Below are positions 13,034 to 27,829 of a DNA stretch of 64,000 bases, piece after piece (positions within the stretch are counted from its first letter, which is position 1; every line of letters begins with the position of its first letter). The notes under the pieces were generated by a model. It searched no databases and was not told the origin of the DNA. It saw only the letters and a list, made by a program, of their open reading frames with translations. Where the stretch lies: positions 434,001 through 498,000 of the forward strand of contig JAAOMT010000586.1 in the NCBI GenBank assembly GCA_016748015.1, in the 5' to 3' direction. The stretch comes from Geosiphon pyriformis uo1. Lineage: Eukaryota; Fungi; Glomeromycota. A program made the translations under genes and the position numbers.

Positions 13034-15323
13034 TTTTCTTCTTTTTTGTAAAACAATTGTAACTATTAAAATTAGGAATGAGGATTTTTTTGAATATTTT
13101 TTGTTGTGTAAAAAAAACCAATATTTATTATGGGCTTTTGTTCATGTTGAAATATAATGACTTGAGAATTTTAAAATAAATTTTTAAGTTATAAATTAAA
13201 AATTATATTATAATTTAAAAAAAAAACATGTTTTTGCAAATTATTGTCAAGATTAAATTTCATATCGTTTAAAAACCATTATTTGTTTCAAAAATCACTA
13301 CCAAATTAACGGATGGTTTATAAAACATCAATAATAAGCAATACTAAGCATTGCTATGTGACGCTTATTATTTCCTGCATGATCACCGTAGAACTAACCA
13401 ATGCCCGGAGGAAGATACCTCGAGCACCGTTTTCATCCCTATTTATCACAATCCGATAATTCGGGTAATCCGAAAAATACTTTGTCGGGCTATTATCACT
13501 TTCGAAACCTTCTGATTATCAAGGCCGAGGAACTCGAGGTTCGTGATATTATCCAGAACGAAGCTTAAATATTCAAGACTTGTAGTTAATGTGGCAACAT
13601 CCCAAAAATCGGAGGGTCAGATTGTACAATCATTTAATATTTCTTGTCTTGTGATTCACCATGTCCGACACTTCAAAAGGAAGAATGACTTCGAATTTGT
13701 GGGTAAACAATCTAACTGATTTCCCGTAAATTTCATTTCGGATATGTATAACTTTTCGCCGCATCCAAAAAATCGCCTTATCGAGCCGCCGGGTTTTTGG
13801 AAATGAAATTATCCAAGTACTTCAAAATGCAAACTATACGTCCAATAGAAGAGTACCATGTAAAACTTTACGGACGCCGAGATCAATGGAGACCGCATGA
13901 ACAGAGCCAGGGCCATCCGTTTGGGGTTTCGCGAAGCTGTTTTGCGTTTCGCATACTTCCACTCGTTAGTTTTGCGATAGTAGGTGAGCTTGCCATCCGA
14001 CATTAGCTTGTGAGGAACGGCCGCCTATTATTATGCCTCTTTTTTTTCGAAATGAAGGGGCTACAAAGCACGCTCGTCATTATCCAGAATGGTGGTAGGT
14101 CAACAATTTATCAAAAACCGAAAGCGATCAAGCTGAAATTTGATTTCATTGATGGTTAAATCATATTTAAAAGGATTTCAATCAAAGTGATTGTTCATAT
14201 ATTTACCTACAGACTTTACAAGATTTTCACCTTGAAAGTCTTTGGGATGTGCAGTAAGCATCGACGGATTATTGAAATGAATGATACCATGTGGATTTCG
14301 AAAATTTATGTCCACAACTTGTCGAGATCGAAATGATGGAGTGCTGATAGACCTTGCCGATACGCATTACGCTTAATTACTTCTTCCCTACCGATCAATG
14401 CTTCATTGATTGCCTCATCGATTATATTCGCGGACGCTTTGCCGTGCATACTCCGAAGCAACATTCCGATTCATCGATACGTACAAAAGCAGCGATTTCG
14501 AATCCAGTAAACAGCAGTATTATAAGCAAATCTCGTCAAACCCAGAGCATTTAATTATAGTAATAAGTAATATTATATACAAAAACCACCACTTCAAGAG
14601 TTTTAAAGGATGGTTCGGATACACTTTGCTTGATTAATAGTGTACTGTTGAGAGTATCTTCCATCTTCTGACGTTTTACGATGAGCTGCTGTCGCTTTTC
14701 CATTGCATCTTTCACCTGTTCTGACGCTCTCGTTGATTGCGGGTAGCTCTCCTTCCCTGCATACGACAGATAAAGACTCTTTTGATGGCAAGAATGTCTT
14801 GTGAGAGTTCATGCTCGTCGGAGGTTACATCCTCGATGAGAACCACGAGTTTTACAGAATAGAGGAAAAAGATTTATTGGAAGAGGCCGAAGGCAATCGG
14901 CAAAGTTTATCGCAGTGGGTGACCACAATTTCCGAAATCATTTCGTTCTAATTGGGTCTTAAGTCCTGATCGTTTGAAATTGATACCTGACCCGATATCG
15001 CTGGAGTTCGTAGGTTGGAAATCGAGGGAGTAGTTGCTTTTTGTCGCCCAAGATCCTCTTTTTTGCTTTGCACTAGAGACATGGCGTAGAGGTAACCTTT
15101 CTTGGTAGTAGAGGTGGCGGTGATAGTAGTAGCATTTTGAGAAATTAGCTCAGAAAAGGGACGAGAAAAAGGTGGATATTTATTTTCGCGATTTTGAACC
15201 TGATAAGCATTACTAAACAAGCAAATCTTTTCATCGGTCAGAATGACAATCATTTTCATCCTTTCCTTTTTTTCCCCTACATATCACGGTAATTAATAGT
15301 TTTCGTATTGCCACCCTTGTATT

Positions 15324-16124
15324 ATGTCCAAAAAATCTGATCGAAGAATGAGTAAATTTGCTCGTTTCATTTTGTTTCTCTGGTTTGAGCTTCAACTTAT
15401 GATTCACTGAAGCAGGCAATATTCTTCGCCGCCAATATTTAATTCCCGAATAAGCCGTTCTTGACGAGACTGCCAGACAGCGAAACGTTCAACGCCATTT
15501 GAACGAACTTGAACGCGATAACTATGCCGAAGTTCCGGAGTTAGAGATAACAGGAACTATCACAAAGCCACGAAGAACTTCTGAAGTTGATTTGAGTCAA
15601 ACAAGTAAATTTATATTCTCTTTGAAGGCTGAAAATTTTAATTTATTGACTCCTTATTTTTTCATATGATTTTGATCCCGACAAATTGAATTCAGATCAA
15701 AAAAAGAAGGCTCGTTCCAAGAAAGAGCTTCTAAAACAATTGACGATAAAAAAAAGTTTAAATGTATTATTAGAAGAATCGGTATGCAACAATTAATCTA
15801 TTATTTTAATGAATTTTGGCATATTCTAAAAGAAGTTGTTCATTTTATTTAGCGAATCGAATTACTTCCCCCGGATACTCCGACATATCTAACAGCTGGT
15901 GCCTCTCCTTCAAGATACCCACCACGAAAATTCTGCTCTGTTTGTGGTTTCTTATCCAAATACAGCTGTAAAACATGTGGCATGAAGTATTGCAGTACCA
16001 AATGCAAAGAAACCCACGAGGAGACGCGGTACATCGAATTTAATTATTTCAATAAATCTTTCATTCTCAAATTATTTAATCTAGAAATTTCATCTCTCTC
16101 AGCTGCATGAAGTATACCGTCTAA
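15324..16124 (+). CDS. VPS71: SWR1 complex subunit Vps71/Swc6 (zf-HIT)
   Basis: RQRNVQRHLNELERDNY, TYLTAGASPSRYPPRKFCSVCGF, CKTCGMKYCSTKCKETHEETRCMK across 5 exons. Confidence 0.9.
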
Positions 16125-16217
16125 GTTCTCTCAAGTAAAAAGTATGATCTTTTCCAAGAAAGTAAAATTTGATCCTTCCAAGAAAAATATAGATCAAAGT
16201 ACTCATTATTGTTTTTA

Positions 16218-16803
16218 CTAATTTTCTAACAGCACTTGGGAAATTACATATTCTCCATCGTGTGTAACCGAAACATGAGCATTGATTGTAGTAATTCCAA
16301 TTTTTTTGCTATCAAGGAAGAATAAATGAGGTTTCTCTTTAAGGAGTGTGTAATAGTTTTTAATTATTATCGTTATTGTTACAAGTTCCCAATGAAAATA
16401 ATTAAAAAGATAATTACCATCCTTTTTAGTCACTATAATATCTTTCCAGGTTAGTCGATAATGTGGATAAAGAGCTTTGTAAGCTGCTTCTTTTAATGTC
16501 CATCTATTTCTTCCAAAAACTGGAGACGATTTGAATGATGAGACTTCGAGATGAAAATTATAGGAAATATTTTTAAATTCACCTCGTTGCCAAGAAAACC
16601 AATTTCTTTTTATTAGTATCATCATCATCATTTATTTTTTCATGTTTAATATTTTTGTTTCTAATTAGACTCGCGTGAAATTCTCCGAGTTCCTTGTTTG
16701 TCAAGATTCGTTTTGCAAATTTGTCGAAAAAATTTGGTTTGCGCGTAATCAACGCGGCAAGGCGGGGTAAATGAAGTATGTCTATCCCGATACCTAAAAT
16801 CAT
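16218..16803 (-). CDS. PPT2: AcpS-type 4'-phosphopantetheinyl transferase (Ppt2-like)
   Basis: MILGIGIDI, RILTNKE, FLATR|WTLKEAAYKAL, HVSVTHDGEYVISQVLLE; two introns. Confidence 0.9.
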
Positions 16804-17212
16804 TTAAAACTCAATTAAATAGAGTATTTATTTGAAAGTCCTTATTAATTGTTAAAGGTCGACGCAAATATTCAAAAATTGATTAGTATATAGCAGATTA
16901 AATACGTATTGAGACAGAAGAATATCAAAATTATTGTTTTGGAAATTGAAAAAATTAATGGTCATGTAATAAAATGATTATGGATAAATTCGTAATTTAC
17001 ATTTTTTGAATTGTTCAATTATCCTGAAATGTTTTGGTAGTTGTGTATGATTTTGGGAAAAAAAAAGGTAAAAAAATCTCTACAATTTTGTACAAAACAG
17101 TTTTCTGTACTGCGAAAGATCCGATGATAATGATGATAATGATGATAATCAGATATCAAAGATCCATGGATAAGAATTATGTTGGATATCGTTCCCGATG
17201 ACAAATAATCTT

Positions 17213-17901
17213 TCAAATCTTGTTTTGAAACTTTAATACGGTTGGGACTATGCCAAAGGTTATGTATATAAAATTTTATTAATTCCACTGAACATGAGAT
17301 CATCAATAATATTTTTAAAGGATGTAAACTTACTGATGATGGCAGCCAAGATAGCGATAATGGTTACGATGAGGATAATAGTTATTTTCGCATCTTTCCA
17401 CCACATTTTATTTTTAGTTTCTTTCGCTGTAGTCGTAAATACGCCAGCGGTCTCTACAAGCATGGCTTTCAACACAAAATATTTCATAGAATTAAACGGT
17501 CAGAGTGACAAACCTTTTTTAAGAACTAACACCTAAAGTCAAATAAAACTATTTAAAAGACATACCAGTCGTTTCCTCGAGGTCTTCTAATTTTTGACCA
17601 CGTTGTTGCAAACCCTTTAGAGTTTTATTTAGGTGACTTTTTGTTTCTTCAATTTGCATTTGAACCATTTGAGTTTTGGTACCCGTTTGTCTAGGTGGTA
17701 GACCACCTGGCTCGGGTCGGTGAGGGGATTCCCCACGAGAACGTGAAACATGTGAGTCATAAAGTTTTTCATTATCAGAAGACCTTTATCGCATGTTAAA
17801 CAACAAGTCGGTTAAAAAGTTTCACATTTTAAAAAGAAGGTATAGCTTTCAAATTTTCAGACTTTGAGTTAGATTTATTTTTATTTTTGAAATACTAACA
17901 T
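17213..17901 (-). CDS. Synaptobrevin/VAMP R-SNARE (Snc1-like); start codon split by intron 1
   Basis: AT|gttagt...gataaag|G start; SNARE motif QMQIEETKSHLNKTLKGLQQRGQKLEDLEET; KNKMWWKDAK followed by a transmembrane segment IILIVTIIAILAAIIIP. Confidence 0.85.
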
Positions 17902-18559
17902 GGTTCTCGGGGATCTTTTGGGTTTATTTGGGTTCGAAAAGAGAGACAGCGTGACGGATTTCTGAAGTTATCACAGAGTATAGAAGTAGTTCACGAGCGG
18001 GCGGTGTTTGCTACAATCAATTTTTTGGACGAAGAGCAAATTTTGCTGAAGAGGCTGTACTTTACGCGACTAAGCCACCATAAGCGGTTTTGATCCAACT
18101 TTTAAAAAAAGTTATCAGGAATCGTGATTTAAAGGATGGAAATCTTTCAGTGCCCCTTGCGCCTGCACTATGATAGCGTGCTAATAATGTAATTTCTTCG
18201 GGGAAGGGTCATTTGATCCATTTCTTTGTCGAAACGAGTTAAAGATGCATAACACTTACAGGGGTCTGATACGCGTGGACGTGAAACTATAGAAGTTAAG
18301 ACAATCAACTGTTAGTTGGGAATACCAATAACAGTCTACTAAAAGGAAAGATTTTCATTAAAATTTGAATTCTTTATTGAGTTTTCGCAATAGAGATTTT
18401 TGTTGCTCTGATTTATCCAGCCCGTTATTGAAATCCAAAAATCCAACAGCCACTTTGTCACCTCCCTCTTAACGAAGTTTCTCCGCCCATTATTATAAGA
18501 TTTTTGGTGATATCATCCAACCATCCCAAATGTTTCTAGCCTCATTAAGAACATAAGAA

Positions 18560-19877
18560 TTTTCGTCTTATTGTCAAATAAGGAATTTATATTTATCAAC
18601 TAAAATTACAAAGAAAAATTGTTACAAGTTTTGTTGTCTTTTTTTGTTTATTTATTAAATATTATATTTAATTAATTATAATATTTTTTGTAATATGGTT
18701 TTTAAATTAATATGTTTATTTTATATAAAATATGTTGCAACAAAACCAAAAAAAATAAATAGTGACTTTAGTAATTGAAAAAATATTGTCTTTTTTATTA
18801 ACATTTATATTATTGCTATTATTTTGGTCATAATTAAGATGATTAAAATTAATTATAAAAAAATATTTAAATAAAAAAATTATTTTTGTTTTTTTATCTT
18901 AAATTTTAACATGGTTTTTTTTCATAATGTTTAAAATTTTGTTATTAAACTGTATTTTATTTGATACTTAATATATATTTAAAAAATAACTTAACTACAA
19001 TTTTAAAATTACAATAACTATTAACAAAAACCAAAAAAAGTTTAAATTCTTTATTTATAAATTTTTATTGTTATTTAATTAAATTTTAATAGTAAATTTA
19101 TAACAACCATTTTTGAGTTCTATTTTTTATTAATTTTTTTAATATTCTTTTAATTTAAACATAAATTTTTAAATATTATAATATTAATATTATTAAATAA
19201 ATAAATTTTAATAAAAATATTTATATTATTTATATTATTATATAATTTAATTGTAATTTTTTAACAATAATTTTATTTTAATTGAATTACAAAATTTATA
19301 TAATTATTTATTATATTTTTTATATAATAATAAATATTTTTTTATTAATTTTAATAAAATATTTGTATTATTATAATAATTATATAAGTTTTTATTAATA
19401 ATTAATTAAAAAATATTATATTATTCAAATTTAATAAATTTAATAACCAAATTTTATCATATTTTTTTAATATTATAATAATAATTATTTTTATTATGAT
19501 TTTTTTAAATGTTTTTATTTTATTAAAATAATTTGTAAATATAATTTTATTTTTAATAATTATATATATTTATTTTTTTATAATTTTTTTATAAAACTTT
19601 ATTTTAATATTTTGTAAATTTTTTATATTATATAATTTTTTATAATTTAATTAATATTATAAAAACAAAAGTTTTAAATTTAATTTTAAATTAAAATAAG
19701 CTTTTAAATAAACTAATAACCAAATTAGATTTAATTTTTTAAAAACTATAAAAAAATAACTAAATTTATTAAATTTTAAATTTTTGAAATTTAAGTTAAT
19801 TGTTTTAATTTTATTAATTAGATTATTATTAAATTAATTAGTACTTTGATTATTTTAATTATTATATTATTTAATAC
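18560..19877. other. Extremely AT-rich tract (probable ancient decayed repeat) at the gene/TE boundary
   Basis: About 90% AT by eye, no ORFs. Confidence 0.6.
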
Positions 19878-22800
19878 TTTTTTTTTTTTTTTTTTATTAC
19901 AAATTTTATGAGTGAAATCCAACTGCTATCTAGTACATAAAACCAAACTAAGTAAATCAAACTAAATGCAGTTCATGTACTGATTATATATGACTAGCCA
20001 CTTGGGCCAGACAAGGCTACACTACATGTCTATACTAATAAAAGCATCACCACCCAAGCCTGAAAAAAATTGACACAATTTGCACCTATCAAATCCAACA
20101 GCAAAAGATTCCACAATGCCAAACATATAGACAACTCCAGTTGACAGCCTAGAAATTATGCTATAAAACAAGCCAGAAACTACACCAGTATTCTTAATTA
20201 AGCCAGTCTTCTCTATATCAACTCTATGTTTGGCTCTGGCAGCCTATATTTTAGCACAATATAATCCTACTACAAACTTAATAAACCCCACAAGAACCAG
20301 AGCAGCATTACTTTTCCTTTTAAAATTCAAAGTAGCTTCAGTATACCAATCTCTCATTACAAAACTTTTGCAAACAGCAGTATACAAACTTCTATCCAAG
20401 AAGTATGCCACAAGTGAGCACAAAATAGTGAAATCAGACAAACATGAAAAATTGAATAACAACACCCATTTCGCAGTGGCCTTAACCAAAATATCTTCAC
20501 AGAGACTGTAGTTACTACAACAAGTAAAACCATGATCTGAGAGCTCCACCTTATCACACAGCAGACATAACACTCCAGGATAACTTTTGTCATATAATCT
20601 CTTTCTAACTGCAACTGGTAGTCTCCTATAAACTGCTTTTATTAAATAAATGCACAAATTGGCCGAATTCCTGCTAGTAAACTCTGAAAACATATGTGAA
20701 TTAGGGTGCTAAACCATTACAGTATGCCCCCAATCTATCTTCTCAATTATAGTACTTGGAACTATGTTAAAACCAGAACCAGCCTCCCAATAGACATGGC
20801 AAATTGATTGGTACAGATCATGGACAAAATGACGAGCATTGCCAGATACAGCATTTTTCTTAGCTACCAAAAACCTTTCCTGAATTCTAACTGGCAAAGA
20901 AAAGAAAGAGAAAGTTGCAATACCTGCCAATGCATTAGTTTTAACATTGCTAGACACATTCGAATGACTTTTAACTTTAACCCACTTAATTAAAATGTTT
21001 TAGACTTAAAAAGATTAACAATCTGCAATCTTTCAATCCAACATTGGTTATAAAAGTCAGGCACAAATAGAAAGACCTCAGATACACAGGCATCAATTGC
21101 CAATTGGCTATCCAAGTACAGAACCACAGAGCAAAAAGATGGAACACACTCCAAAGCCAAAGCCACTGCTTGCAGTTCAGTTAAAGTAGAGGACAAAAGC
21201 CTAGCCACCCTAACTCCAATACTCATATCAGCAGCTGGAAAATACACAGCTGCCCCATCTGCCACTTCAACAAAACTAGCACCTTTTAGAGACTCATCCA
21301 TGTAGATCTCAATACAATCAAACCATACTTCCAGCAAACTATTGTGAACAAAAAAAAACTTTTCAGAAATCAGAACATCCATCATATCTTCCCTAAGGAC
21401 AGCAGCAGTCCCAACTTCTAAAGGAACAGGATTGTACATGAAATCAGATGCTAATATAAACCAGCAAGGCACAAGACCCCTTGGATCCAAACATTTTTAC
21501 TGCCAAAATGTCTTCCAGTTCATTACCTTTTCTTTCTTGTCAAGAAGTCTGTTACCAAATACAATGCTGAACCATCTTAATGAAAAAACTGATTTATAGT
21601 ATAAAGACTGGCCCAAAATACCAGACATTGGAAAAACACCAGGCTCACAGAAGGCACAAGACAAATTGTTTGTTAACAATAACTCATTCACCAAAAGGAT
21701 TTTTACTACCTCTACCAAAAAATTATTCATAGGGCTAATACATAACTTGACAGAAAATTGCAGGGGGTTTAGAAGAGACCAACCCAACACTTATAAATTC
21801 AGAAATCTGTGATCAAACAAACATCTGAGAATGCCACAACTATTGGAAAACAGAATTAAAAATGCCAGCTTTTCTTCAGACTGCATTTGCTTAAAAGGCT
21901 TCAAACCATACAAAAATAGGTGATGCAAAACCTTACTGGAAAAGTCACATGGTAAACCAGTCTTGGACCTAAGACTCTTTCTAATTATCATGTTCCACTT
22001 ACGACACATGCCCAAAGAAATGAAACTAAACTGTGTATAATAGCTAATAATTGGTTGTAAAACTGCTGAAACCAAGTAGCAGAATTGCTTATCTGTAATA
22101 GCCTTTCTTAACACTACATTAGAAAAAAACCTGACATCTTTATGAGCTTGAACCAAGCTGAGTACAGAGAAACCTTCAGTTAATAAAAAGATATCCAGAT
22201 ATTGATATGACATACTCTTTTTAACAATCAAAATCGGCAATTTATTAATCAGCAGAAAAGCATTTTTAACACCTTGATTGATGGGAATAGCTACTATCTT
22301 GTCATTATTTATTGAAATATTGTTAACCATAAAAAACTTACTAGCAATGTTCAAAATATACTGTATAGAAGCCTAACAGCTCCCAACCCAAATTGTATCA
22401 TCTATAAAAACACCAGCAGCCAAAAAAAAAGTTTTTCCTTTAGTCAATTCAACCCTGCCAAATTTCACCACAAATCTAGTATCTATTCTGTATTTACACA
22501 AGTGCTTGTGTCTCTTTATCTCACACAAAAGTGGATCATAAAAAATCCTCCAAAATAGCAGAGAAAAAACCACACCCTGGTTTAACCTATTATGTATTTT
22601 ATAACTTACTATAAGCCCAAAGTCAGTTATTACTCTGTTAACCCTATTTTTATGAATGCCACCAAAAAACTGGATGAACTGCTTACACATCTTGATGTGA
22701 TACAAGCTCATTCTTAAATAATACCAGCCTACTGAATTGTAAGCTTTGTGCATATCCTGCAACACCAGCCAAAGTTCTCTATTCTTTTCTATAGTATCCT

Positions 22801-23325
22801 TAACAATGGAACCAATTGCAAAAATAAAAGACTAGATAGAAGTACTTTTTAACACCAAAAAATTATCACCACAAAGAACATCAAACTTGCTACAAGCTGA
22901 AGATATCTGGTCAGAAAGAATTTTAGATAAAATTTTATGTGCAGTATTGACTAAAGCAATAGGCTTAGTATTTGTTAAAATGCCATTCCATTTATAAGAC
23001 TTTGAGATTATCAAAATTCATGCTCTTTTCCAGGTAGCTGGGACCGTGCCCAAACTCAAACACGAATTCAGCAGCTCCAAAAGACAGGCCAACATCTTCT
23101 TACCACAATGTTTCCAAAGTTCATTAGGTATTTCAAACATATCAGCCACTTTACCATTAGGCAAGCCATCAACAATTAAAAACAATTCTGTTATATTAAT
23201 CACTTTTATCACACTAAAGAAGGCATCATTATCTACATAATTCAGAGGCATGTATTGACAAAACCACAGATCAGGCATTTTGGGGAGCACCAACTGCCTT
23301 CTTGTCTATCCTTCTATTATCTCAT
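19878..23325 (-). mobile_element. LINE 3' part: RT, RNase H, C-terminal zinc finger, polyA tail (pseudogenised)
   Basis: T18 at 19878-19895 is the polyA. RT motifs KPIALVNT, QDMHKAYNSV, QGVVFS, FIDD. RNase H IYMDES...ELQAVALAL...YLDSQ. CLLC-x6-HGFTC. Many stops. Confidence 0.9.
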
Positions 23326-26300
23326 TGTTACAGATAATTATTTGAGATCTCAAAGCAAATAACAAACTCATAACTTGGTGCTCAATTGATATAATGTTGT
23401 TGGTAATATCTGAAGGTGTTGTTTTATCTGAAGGTTTTGTTGTAGAGTCCTTTGTATAATAGACAAAGATTCATTATAATTGGTTTTGGTTGATTTCCCA
23501 AGTCATTTTCCCAATTTCTGTCTTCAGCATGGTGGCTGGTTTAATCTGGCAGTTATGCTTTTCTGGTAAGCTATCTGTTAATATATATAATTCTACTCTT
23601 ATTTCTGGGTCTTTTACCAGGCTATCCTTGACATCAATTACTCAGTGTTTAATCTCTTTAATCAGTAGTAAGTTAACAAACAAAAGAAAATAAAATAAAA
23701 GAAAAGAAAATAAAAAGAAAATAAGAAATTAGAAATAAGCCAAAGCAATTCAAGTTAGTATCTTGTCAATAGCCATAATCAAGAGCTATTGTTTCAGTGT
23801 GGTTAAGTGTTAGATTTTATTAACATGAAGTGTTAATAAATGGAAGAGTGATTATATTTTCAAACAAACGACAATAACATGGATTTGAAGAATTAGAGAG
23901 ATCTTTTATTTATATAATTTCATTTTGGTTGATAGCAACTATCCTTGAAATGAGAATTAATAAATAGAAAAGAAAGAGAATTGTTCTAAATTAATAAAAC
24001 TCTATTGAATTCTCTAGGAATTACTTTTTCTGCTTTTAATACTCTTGCTATTACCAGTAGAATTTTAGCTATTAATTAGCATGAAATTACCCTTATAATT
24101 CCTATAATTCATTAGTATATTAATATCATTTCAAATTATCATTTATTATTTAATCAATTATCACATATCACAATTCAATTAAATAATCTAATTAGTATAA
24201 CAAAAAGTAGGATGATCAAATTACACAATACCCTGAACTTTGTAACATTCAAAAATTCGCCAAAATTTACAGAAATTCGCCGAAATTATGAATAGTTTAC
24301 CCAAATTAATCAATAGTTCAGCGAAATAACTTGTAGTTCATTAAAATGTATCTTTAGTTTGCCGAAATTTGAGCAAAGAGAAAAAGTGCAAGTTCATAGA
24401 CTAGTACTACAACAAGCTGTATAAAAGAAGAGCTTTTCTCTTCAAGAAAATGTATCTTACTTTAAATTTATCACTTAGAACCATTTCTATACACACAAAA
24501 AAAAATAAATATCAAATAAATTCGAAAAACCAAATTCTTTAATTATTGCACTTAGAAAATCCCCAAAACCCAACTAACGTTTTGAAATTGATTAGCTACC
24601 AATTTCAATAAACTGTTAGTGACTCTAGGCCTGGATAGAAAACATTTCTCTTGATAAAATTCTATTTCTTTTACATTTCTTTTATTTTTCTTTTCTTTTC
24701 TTATTACAATTATTANNNNNNNNNNNNNNNNNNNNNNNNNNNNNNNNNNNNNNNNNNNNNNNNNNNNNNNNNNNNNNNNNNNNNNNNNNNNNNNNNNNNN
24801 NNNNNNNNNNNNNNNNNNNNNNNNNNNNNNNNNNNNNNNNNNNNNNNNNNNNNNNNNNNNNNNNNNNNNNNNNNNNNNNNNNNNNNNNNNNNNNNNNNNN
24901 NNNNNNNNNNNNNNNNNNNNNNNNNNNNNNNNNNNNNNNNNNNNNNNNNNNNNNNNNNNNNNNNNNNNNNNNNNNNNNNNNNNNNNNNNNNNNNNNNNNN
25001 NNNNNNNNNNNNNNNNNACAAACACCAAATTTACCACTCAACCGTTTCTCTAGACCAGAAGATTTTCAGTCACCTAGAAACCCTACTCAACAGCAAGAAC
25101 CAATATCAACAAGTGCTAATATCATTGATTACTTACAGGAAAACGAAAGTAATCATTCAGAAAGCTTGGAAAGTAAAGAAACCGAATCAGAACCAAAAGA
25201 AATTACAGAAAAAGAAAAAGAAATGACAACTGCTTACATTGCAAAAATCCCAGAATTCACTGGTGAAGACAATGATACCAGTCTTCAAGAATGGCTTGAC
25301 AAAGTTCAAAAAGCAGGAGATGCTAATGGTTGGATTGTAGCAAGAATGCTCAAAGCAATTCCCTACTTTCTCCAAAGAACAGCAGGAGAATGGTTTGAAA
25401 ATTTAGAATTTGAAAACTGGCAAGCATTCAAAGATGCTTTTCTACAACAATTCATTAACAACAATACCTCTATCACTCTCAGAAACTGCTTTCACAATAT
25501 CAAACAAGAAACATCTGAATTTGTTATAACTTATCTTAGAAGATTTAACAAACTTCTTAGATGAATCTAACAATTAGAAACCAATGATTACTATTTTGAT
25601 GCTTAAATTCTGGATCAGTTTATAGCAGGGTTAAAAGACAAACTGATTAAGAAAGTCTGTCCACATGCTCCAGCAGACTTAGCAACTGCTATTAGACATG
25701 TAAAGATNNNNNNNNNNNNNNNNNNNNNNNNNNNNNNNNNNNNNNNNNNNNNNNNNNNNNNNNNNNNNNNNNNNNNNNNNNNNNNNNNNNNNNNNNNNNN
25801 NNNNNNNNNNNNNNNNNNNNNNNNNNNNNNNNNNNNNNNNNNNNNNNNNNNNNNNNNNNNNNNNNNNNNNNNNNNNNNNNNNNNNNNNNNNNNNNNNNNN
25901 NNNNNNNNNNNNNNNNNNNNNNNNNNNNNNNNNNNNNNNNNNNNNNNNNNNNNNNNNNNNNNNNNNNNNNNNNNNNNNNNNNNNNNNNNNNNNNNNNNNN
26001 NNNNNNNNNNNNNNNNNNNNNNNNNNNNNNNNNNNNNNNNNNNNNNNNNNNNNNNNNNNNNNNNNNNNNNNNNNNNNNNNNNNNNNNNNNNNNNNNNNNN
26101 NNNNNNNNNNNNNNNNNNNNNNNNNNNNNNNNATCAGACACCATCCACTCAACAATATCAAGTACCAGCAAGAAGATTGGTTCAACATAACCAATTCACA
26201 CCCCAAAATCAATTGCAGAGTAACCACAACAGAATCAATCCAAATAACCAGTTGGTTCCCCGAAATTCTGGTCAACAAAGACCTAATCACTATCACACTT

Positions 26301-27829
26301 AACCCAGTTATCTTACAATACCAGAGGAATCGGATTTTCAACAAACTGCACTTTTTGAAGATGAAGTTTCAGTACCAAGATCAAATCCTTCCAACCATAT
26401 CATTCCACCAGCTCAAATTGCCCAAAATGCCAATCTGTCAGATATATTTCCATTTGAATTTGAAGCAAATGAATCACTTTTTCTGCTTAGTAATGCAGCA
26501 GTCAATGAACAGAAAGCAATTACTGCTATATACACAGAAGCTACAGTGGAAGGAAAGCTCATTTGCTTAATCTTAAATAGTGGATTAGCTGGAAGTATCA
26601 TTACTTACCAGCTGATACAACAACTCAAACAAAATGTAGACAGACCAGCTCAAACAGTTATTGTCACAGTTGATGGTATGAAGAAGACTCTAGTAGGAGA
26701 AATTGATGATTTCTCTTTTTCAATTAATAGAATCACCATTCCAGTTAAAGTTCTTGTTATGAATGCACCCCAATATCAAGCTTTAGTCGGAAATAATTGG
26801 CTTTTCAAGGCCAATGCAAACCTGAACTGAGAAACTCAAGAACTTAAAATCTCATACCAAGGACAATATACCATAGTACCTGCAATCTGTGGTATCTTTA
26901 ACAAACAATCAGAAAAAGCTTCAGTATTTGAATTTGAAGAGGAGAAAGAAATGCCACTTACTGAAACCTACATGGCTCTTGGATTAACATCCAATTGGGC
27001 TAAAAAAACAGAACAAGAGATTTTTAAAGAATCAAGGGGATGGAAGAAAGTTAGATATTCTACACCAGAACCACGGAAACAACCACTCTATATTCCACTC
27101 AAATGCAAAGATTGCAACAAAAAACTTTCATCAATGGGAGCATGTATTTCTCCAAAAGAGGAATATGAAACTTGTATCTGTTACTTTTGCAAAGCATGCC
27201 ATAGAGAATGATTTGGATCTCCAAAAAGAAGTGGAAAGTGGGACAACACACCTTGCCTTACATGTGGAGAAATGCTACCAGAAGAATGCAATTGAATTGA
27301 TGTAGTAATAAAAGAAGGAGTATGTGATCAAATCTGTTAATATGCTCTATCAATTTCGGAAAAAGTCAGAAGAGGAACACCATTTGATGCAGCATACAAC
27401 AGTGCTCTCAATAAACTTTACCACTACTCTCATAATGCTAAAATGATTTTTGACCTAGCAATGGCATTAATTAATGGAGCCACCCAAGAAGATGTTTGCC
27501 AAATGAAAGAAGCTAAATATATTGAGTATACTATGAAATTAGCTGGATTGGATTATAAAGATGAAGTAGAAACCTACCACCAAATTGCAAGCCACACATA
27601 TCCGACCAAAGAAGCTCAAATTCAACAATTAAAGCAAATAAACATTCAATTATGTGAAGAATGTGTTATGCCTTGTGATGACCAATAGTATTTAGAATGT
27701 TATGCTCTTAGCATTCCTCTGCCAGATGGAAATGATGAAAATGAAATCGAATTTGGAGTATCTGAACTAGTAGAAGAACTACCAACCACTCCCATCTATC
27801 TTCTTGAAAAGCAACCACCTCTACAACTT

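Noticed and set aside
13380-15300. Telomerase RNA
   Set aside because: No CTAACCC/AACCCT template was seen on either strand.
24552-26344. Long ORFs full of X
   Set aside because: Artefacts of assembly N gaps.
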